The translations under genes and the position numbers were made by a program. Below, in pieces: positions 27,040 to 32,000 of a stretch of 32,000 nucleotides of DNA. The stretch is from Nostoc punctiforme PCC 73102. GTDB taxonomy: Bacteria; Cyanobacteriota; Cyanobacteriia; Cyanobacteriales; Nostocaceae. The DNA lies in contig NC_010628.1 of assembly GCF_000020025.1 (NCBI RefSeq), positions 1,980,001-2,012,000 of the forward strand, read 5' to 3'. The number at the start of each line of letters is the position of its first letter. The first letter of the stretch is position 1. The notes under the pieces were generated by a model. It had not been told where the DNA came from and made no database searches. It saw nothing but the letters and a program-made list of their open reading frames with translations.

Positions 27040-27771
27040 TTAGCGATCGCTAACAATCTTTTGGAGATATTCGATGCGTTGCTGAGTATTTTTTTGATCT
27101 ACGTCTTTACCTATCAATATTTCGGACTCTGCAAGGTTTTTAACTAAAGTTGCCCCGATCTGCCCTAGTTTACCATTATCAGTTCCTTTCAATGCTTCTT
27201 GGAGTGCTTCATACCATAGATCGTTTTCAGCATAATAATTTACGCTTTCGGAAATGCTAGTAAATTGGTTTTTAGCAAGTGGTTGAGGATCGATAACGGT
27301 AAATTCTGCACGTCTAACAATCGCGCCATTTTCACAGTCAATTGAGATTTGCCATGAATATGTTTTGCCCACTGTGAGTTCGGGGTAGTCGCGGGGAAGT
27401 TCTAGCTTGTTAACCCCGACTATTGTGGGTATTTCTTGAACTTTGCCAATTTGTTTAGGGTTGTTGCTTGAATCAAATTCAGCCAATCGGAATCGCACAT
27501 TTTGGGAACTTGACATATACCAAGCTAACATTGGACGGGTGGAAGTGGTTTTACCAATATATGTCTGAGGTGCAAGCGGTGTCAGAGGTATACTGCCGTT
27601 ACTTGGACATCCACGGGAACCACCTGCACGGGAATGTCCGCTAGCTGGTTTGCGATCGCGTGGTTTAAACTCAGCAAATGCTGGCACTGCTGTCATTAAA
27701 AAAACCATGCCCACAACTAAGCTTGTAAGTCTGCGGTTATTTCGCCAAAATCCAATATGTTGATGACTCAT
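27040..27771 (-). CDS. DUF928-family secreted protein (243 aa)
   Basis: Signal peptide ...TAVPAFA|EF, then FKPRDRKPASGHSRAGGSRGC and LTPLAPQTYIGKTTSTRPMLAWYM. As I recall it, this matches the DUF928 N-terminal pattern (F-x-P-P..GGGSRG..C..L..L.P....G.T....P.F.WY). Confidence 0.72.
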   Translation of the reverse strand: MSHQHIGFWRNNRRLTSLVVGMVFLMTAVPAFAEFKPRDRKPASGHSRAGGSRGCPSNGSIPLTPLAPQTYIGKTTSTRPMLAWYMSSSQNVRFRLAEFDSSNNPKQIGKVQEIPTIVGVNKLELPRDYPELTVGKTYSWQISIDCENGAIVRRAEFTVIDPQPLAKNQFTSISESVNYYAENDLWYEALQEALKGTDNGKLGQIGATLVKNLAESEILIGKDVDQKNTQQRIEYLQKIVSDR

Positions 27772-27881
27772 GGTAGATGTTGTTGATTGTAGGGTTATCT
27801 GAAACTTTTTAAATTCTTAATTTTTTCCCATTTCTATGAGAGATTGTTTTAAAAGTTGCTAGTTATGTATCAAATAGTTTT

Positions 27882-27958
27882 AGATCCTCCTAAATCCTTC
27901 TTAAAAAGGAGGACTTTGATTGCTTATTCCCCCATTTTTTAGGGGAGATAGGAGGGAT
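27882..27958. repeat. Dispersed intergenic hairpin repeat (TCCTCC...AAAAAGGAGGA ; TTCCCCC-ATTTTTT-AGGGGAG)
   Basis: Two adjacent short stem-loops read directly, downstream of the CHASE2 kinase gene. Confidence 0.45.
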
Positions 27959-28016
27959 AGTGATACAATTTGGTACTTTTTAAACATTCTCTGAGCTGAA
28001 TCATGAATATAAAGTT

Positions 28017-29909
28017 TTAAAACTCAAATTCTCTCTTAAGTTTCCAACTAAGTTCACAGATAGTCCCGCAAGGAGAAAGTGATTCGCGTCGAAATTCTCC
28101 TCTTAATTGTTGAGCAAGTATTTTAGAATGCTTTGTGCCTTTATTTTCTAGTTTTGATGTGATTCCCGAACCATTATCTTTGACGGACAATTTATAGTTA
28201 TTTAAACTACAAACACCTGATGCTTCTACACGCTTGACTCCTTGGGCATGTTTGCCAACATTACACAAAGCTTCTTCCAAAAAAAGGCAAACTCCGCGTT
28301 TGTCTTCCATACTTAAATATTTATCATCAATTGGGTCAAAATTGCGAATTTTAACTTTTAATGTTTTAAAATTTTCAAAATCCTTCCGTTCTAAGGTACT
28401 AGAATAAACTTCATATAACAAATCGTGAAGTGGTCGATTCAATTCAAGAATTAATCCGCTACCTAAACGCAAACTCTCTTCTGTAGTTAATGCTTCGAGT
28501 TTGAGAAATTCGCCAATCTCTCTAATCTCCCGATCGAGTTTTTCAAATTGTCCTAGCAATTGCTCGTAGGAGATATCTTTAGCACGTAGATGCTTTAATC
28601 CATAAGCGAGGGTTTGCAAAGGGCCATTATGAATTACGGTAAAAGTGTTTTGAATGGTGTTTTGACGTTCGTGAATTTGCGATCGCAAGAATTTATCATG
28701 CTGATAAAATGCAAAGGCACTCAAACCTACGCCATTTACGGCTAATACAAGCAAACCCGGTGTTACAGGAATCCATACACCCCACACCCACAGCATTATA
28801 TACCCGCAGCTAAACAGACAAAATCCCGCTACACTCACACTCAGTATATTTTTCCAAACAGATTGGGTCAGCCGTCCGATCGTAATCGGCAAAAACCCCC
28901 AAATCAATATCCATGTATACTCTCCAATATCTCCCCAACTGTGCAACATTGGGCGACCATCCATTACAGTACTCAAAATTTGACTGATAACATGAGCGTG
29001 ATAGTCAATGCCATAAATTTGACCGCTTAATTTTAAGCCAGGCAAGGCAGATGTATAAATAGCATCTCCTGTACTCAGGTTGCGGTTGCCAACTAACACA
29101 ATGCGATCGCGCAGCAATTCTGCATCAACTTGACCATTGAGAATATCGCGTAGCGACACAACATTAAAAGGTTGCTCACTGTTGCGGAAGTTCATTAAAA
29201 TTGACAATCCCCCATCATCAACCCTGACGTATCCGCCAAAATTATGGGTAATTCGAGGTAATTCAATCCCACGGAAGTTGATTGTATTCGGGTCATTTTT
29301 CCCCGTTTGCAACTCAATTCCTTTTGCATTTAAATACTTAGTAACTAACCGTAATGCTAAAGAATATTTATCTTCGTTGATATTTTTAGGATTCGGCGTA
29401 TACAACAAATAGCGTCGATTTTTGCTATCCTCATCATTAGGTAAATCAACAAACCCAACTCCTTCGGGTCGCAAGCTCTGGGGTGGTGAAGTTTCTGCCG
29501 GGGGTAAAATTTTTTCAATGCCAATAATATTAGAATTTGACCGTAATATATGCGCTAGTTGTTCGCCACCAGGTTCAACAGGAACATTTTTGAAGATATC
29601 CAAACCAATAGCTAGGGGTTTATAAGTTTCCAGCTTGGTGAGCAACTCTGCAATCTTCTCATCTGGAATTGGATACTGCTTAATCCATGCAATATCCTTT
29701 TCATCGATACCCACAATTACTACACGTTCATCAAGTTTTTCTACCGGACGTAGACGTAACATCGTATCGAGAAGCATCCATTCCCAAGATTGCATTCCCC
29801 CAGTTATTCGGATCAACATCACCACAAATAGGACTATAATCCCTGGAGGTGCAGCCAGCGACCACAACCCAAATTCTTGGCAAATACGATTCCAGATTCC
29901 CCTTCTCAT
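28017..29909 (-). CDS. CHASE2-domain sensor histidine kinase (HisKA_3/NarX-type transmitter) (630 aa)
   Basis: An N-terminal TM segment is followed by an extracytoplasmic CHASE2-like region (RVVIVGIDEKDI...YPIPDEKIAELLTKLETYKPLAIGLDIF...IVLVGN). Three TM helices follow, then an H-box-like VIHNGPLQTL, an N-box EEALCNVGKHA and a G1 box VKDNGSGI. Confidence 0.82.
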   Translation of the reverse strand: MRRGIWNRICQEFGLWSLAAPPGIIVLFVVMLIRITGGMQSWEWMLLDTMLRLRPVEKLDERVVIVGIDEKDIAWIKQYPIPDEKIAELLTKLETYKPLAIGLDIFKNVPVEPGGEQLAHILRSNSNIIGIEKILPPAETSPPQSLRPEGVGFVDLPNDEDSKNRRYLLYTPNPKNINEDKYSLALRLVTKYLNAKGIELQTGKNDPNTINFRGIELPRITHNFGGYVRVDDGGLSILMNFRNSEQPFNVVSLRDILNGQVDAELLRDRIVLVGNRNLSTGDAIYTSALPGLKLSGQIYGIDYHAHVISQILSTVMDGRPMLHSWGDIGEYTWILIWGFLPITIGRLTQSVWKNILSVSVAGFCLFSCGYIMLWVWGVWIPVTPGLLVLAVNGVGLSAFAFYQHDKFLRSQIHERQNTIQNTFTVIHNGPLQTLAYGLKHLRAKDISYEQLLGQFEKLDREIREIGEFLKLEALTTEESLRLGSGLILELNRPLHDLLYEVYSSTLERKDFENFKTLKVKIRNFDPIDDKYLSMEDKRGVCLFLEEALCNVGKHAQGVKRVEASGVCSLNNYKLSVKDNGSGITSKLENKGTKHSKILAQQLRGEFRRESLSPCGTICELSWKLKREFEF

Positions 29910-29975
29910 TTAATTTAATTTAGGATTAATTTTCCCTATATTTACAGCATATTTAAAGTATTTGAACGAAATTTG

Positions 29976-30085
29976 TTGTAGATGCACAGCAATGCTATAC
30001 CTCTAGCATGTAGTCTATTTACAGCTATTTTCAGATAAATAGACCAGCCGTTGTAGAGGCAATTCATGAATTTCCCCTACAACGG
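29976..30085. repeat. Three consecutive hairpin repeats in the RR-HK intergenic gap
   Basis: ATGCTA-TACCTC-TAGCAT, then GTCTATTTA-(14 nt)-TAAATAGAC. The third is CCGTTGTAGAGG-CAATTCATGAATTT-CCCCTACAACGG (30049-30085), whose loop contains the palindrome AATTCATGAATT. Confidence 0.6.
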
Positions 30086-30130
30086 ATGTGGTTCAGATAC
30101 ATGCAGTGCTGTGAGTGAAAATAGCTGTAA

Positions 30131-30853
30131 TTAATCAATTAAACCTTCTTCACGGGAACGAATTTCGGTGAGGATTCGCATATTCTTACCACTTTGCTTG
30201 CAGTCTTCAGGATACACCCCCAAAACATCCTGAATCTTCGTCCAGTAAGTACGTACCGCTCGCTCCGATTTATACATTCTGTCTGCGATCGCCTTATCTG
30301 TTAAACTCTCTTCAAAAGCCAAACGCAACACATCCAACCATTCCGGCTTGAGTTCGATTCCTGTTTTGATGTCTTTGGTGTGAGTTGCACCTTGGAGTGC
30401 TAAATTAACCCGCATGAGCATTTCATCTTCGGGTAATCCTTTATCTGCGATCGCAAACCCACCTTGATGATTATCAATCTCGTGTTTAATTCTGACTAAT
30501 GCCTTCACATAACTAGTTTGCACTATGAAATTCTGATGGGGATATTCTTTAAGCAAAGTTTGCAACAGCTTAATTCCGGTATCAATTTCTGCTGTCTCCC
30601 CTTGGCGATCGGGAATTGATAAATCCATCACAATCAAGTCAAACTGGTAACATTGCACTTGAGAAAATGTATCTTTTGCCGTCTGAGCCTTGATAATAGT
30701 AGCTTCAGGATACTTTCGACTTAAGACATCAAGAGTACCAGTCAAAATTAGTTGGTGGTCATCAACAACAAGAATACCGAGCTTCTTTTCCATTCTTAAA
30801 TGCCCATAAACTTGATGTTCTTTCAAACTTTTCATCACCATATTTTTATCCAA
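30131..30853 (-). CDS. Response regulator: receiver domain plus divergent LuxR/NarL-type HTH output (240 aa or shorter)
   Basis: Receiver: ILVVDDHQLILTG...FDLIVMDLSIPD...IVQTSY. C-terminal LTDKAIADRMYKSERAVRTYWTKIQDVLGV follows the LuxR HTH spacing. The start is uncertain, with in-frame Met codons at MVMK and MEKK. Confidence 0.8.
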   Translation of the reverse strand: MDKNMVMKSLKEHQVYGHLRMEKKLGILVVDDHQLILTGTLDVLSRKYPEATIIKAQTAKDTFSQVQCYQFDLIVMDLSIPDRQGETAEIDTGIKLLQTLLKEYPHQNFIVQTSYVKALVRIKHEIDNHQGGFAIADKGLPEDEMLMRVNLALQGATHTKDIKTGIELKPEWLDVLRLAFEESLTDKAIADRMYKSERAVRTYWTKIQDVLGVYPEDCKQSGKNMRILTEIRSREEGLID

Positions 30854-31094
30854 ATTAAAAGTTTTTTATGCTTTACTACTCAATACTTGGCTATTGCAGG
30901 TAATATTTAAAACAGCACTCTTTTAAATGTCCTCTTTAAACTCTCCGCCTATTTTAATTTGAGATGAATGCCCTACCTATGCAGAAAAGTGCAAATAATG
31001 CCGAGAGGAGATTGTTCATCACTACTAGCTTATTTTTAATTCATGCACTGAGAAGGTTCTGGGGATCTGGATATTGTAGTATGATTTATTGACG

Positions 31095-31953
31095 ATGACA
31101 AAACCCGCGGATGTCAGCACCAAACGCTTAATTAGCCTTGCACCCGACAACTGGTGAGATGGGTAACTCAAATTCCTGACATTACAGTTGGGGAAATTCT
31201 TAACTCGGAATTTCAATGGATAAGTAGGGAAAGTGATGTTTTAATCCGCGTTGAAAGTCCCCTAAATGGAGAATTTCTAGTTCTCACCGAATTACAATTA
31301 CGCTATAACTCCAAAATGCCCCGCCGAATGCGCGCGTATGCTTCCTTAGCGGAAGAGAAGTATAATTTACCGATTTATCCTGTACTAATCAACATTCTAA
31401 AAGTAAGCGACACGCAAATTCCCACAACCTACACATCGAATGTTGCAGGTTTACAATCACGTCAAGATTATCGCGTCATTAATTTGTGGGAAGTTGATGT
31501 GAATATTGTTTTTGAACAACCTTTACCATTATTGCTTCCCTTTGTACCAATTCTCAAAGGTGGCGAGAATGAATCCATAATCCGGGAAGCATTGCAAATT
31601 TTGCGTAGAGATGAACAATTAAACCAACTAGAAACAGTTTTGCTACTTTTGTACTAGAGAGTGCCTTAGTTCAGGAAATCATGAGGTGGGATATGGCTGT
31701 GTTGCGCGAATCACCTTGGTATCATGAAATTTTACGCGAAGGAGAAGCTCTTGGGGAAGCCCGTGGGGAAATTCGTGGAGAAGTCTGTGGAATTCAGACG
31801 GGTCTTGAGACGTTATTAGAGATAAAATTTGGCAATCCTGGCTTGGAATTAATGCCAATTATCTATCAAATTAAAGATTTACAGCAATTGAAAGCAATTC
31901 AACAAGCCATCAAAACCGTAAATTCCGTTGAGGAATTGAGGCAGCTTTTATAG
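31095..31953 (+). pseudogene. Rpn-family recombination-promoting nuclease / putative transposase (PD-(D/E)XK N-domain plus DUF4351 C-domain), interrupted by two 1-nt frameshifts
   Basis: Three consecutive frames together spell one protein. The first segment, MTKPADVSTKRLISLAPDNW, stops at 31155-57. The second, from 31154, reads VRWVTQIPDITVGEILNSEFQWISRESDVL...ETV. The third, open from 31615, reads FATFVLESALVQEIMRWDMAVLRESPWYHEIL.... The shifts sit at a GG run (~31153-31154) and a TTTT run (31638-31641). Confidence 0.7.
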
Positions 31954-32000
31954 TATAATTACTTGGTTATCAAGGTAGCAAGTTGCAGCTTCCTTCTCAG

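Noticed and set aside
31025-31216. 63-aa minus-strand ORF overlapping the 5' end of the Rpn-family gene.
   Set aside because: The opposite strand encodes the recognisable family N-terminus (MTKPADVSTKRLISLAPDNW / VRWVTQ), and the minus-strand product has no features.
1-32000. tRNA, rRNA, tmRNA or RNase P RNA genes.
   Set aside because: I scanned the intergenic gaps for T-loop (GGTTCGAATCC-like) and RNase P (GAGGAAAGTCC) signatures and found none. This is an eye scan only, so tRNAscan or Infernal would be decisive.

Overview
This window looks like chromosomal DNA from a filamentous, probably heterocyst-forming (Nostocales-type) cyanobacterium. The evidence is frequent HIP1 octamers (GCGATCGC), heptamer STRR tracts in most intergenic gaps, and gene content. 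I support about 25 protein genes. They include a GH100 invertase 3' fragment, UPF0182, a 4-Cys/Ser-Thr-kinase/WD40 protein, ClC-CBS-USP2, a PmbA-like protein, a Tab2 homologue, a phosphoesterase, a HAD hydrolase, NDH-2, an NrdG-like radical-SAM activase, a FecCD permease, an SMR pump, HspA, a plant-type ferredoxin and a HemD-like protein. I recognised no rRNA, tRNA or CRISPR array by eye. Two loci deserve most attention. (1) A same-strand module at 23.6-30.9 kb encodes a LuxR-type response regulator, a CHASE2 histidine kinase, a DUF928 secreted protein and a 1115-aa TPS-domain beta-helix exoprotein. No TpsB transporter is present in the window. (2) A 21-bp phased tandem array of 11 full units, flanked by 24-nt inverted repeats, fills the gap between an orphan NrdG-family activase and an orphan FecCD permease. 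Lesser observations are an Rpn-family gene broken by two homopolymer frameshifts, near-identical WD40 blades, MITE-like hairpin repeats at operon junctions, and a three-gene islet of unknowns. All functional calls rest on motif recognition by eye, since no searches were run.
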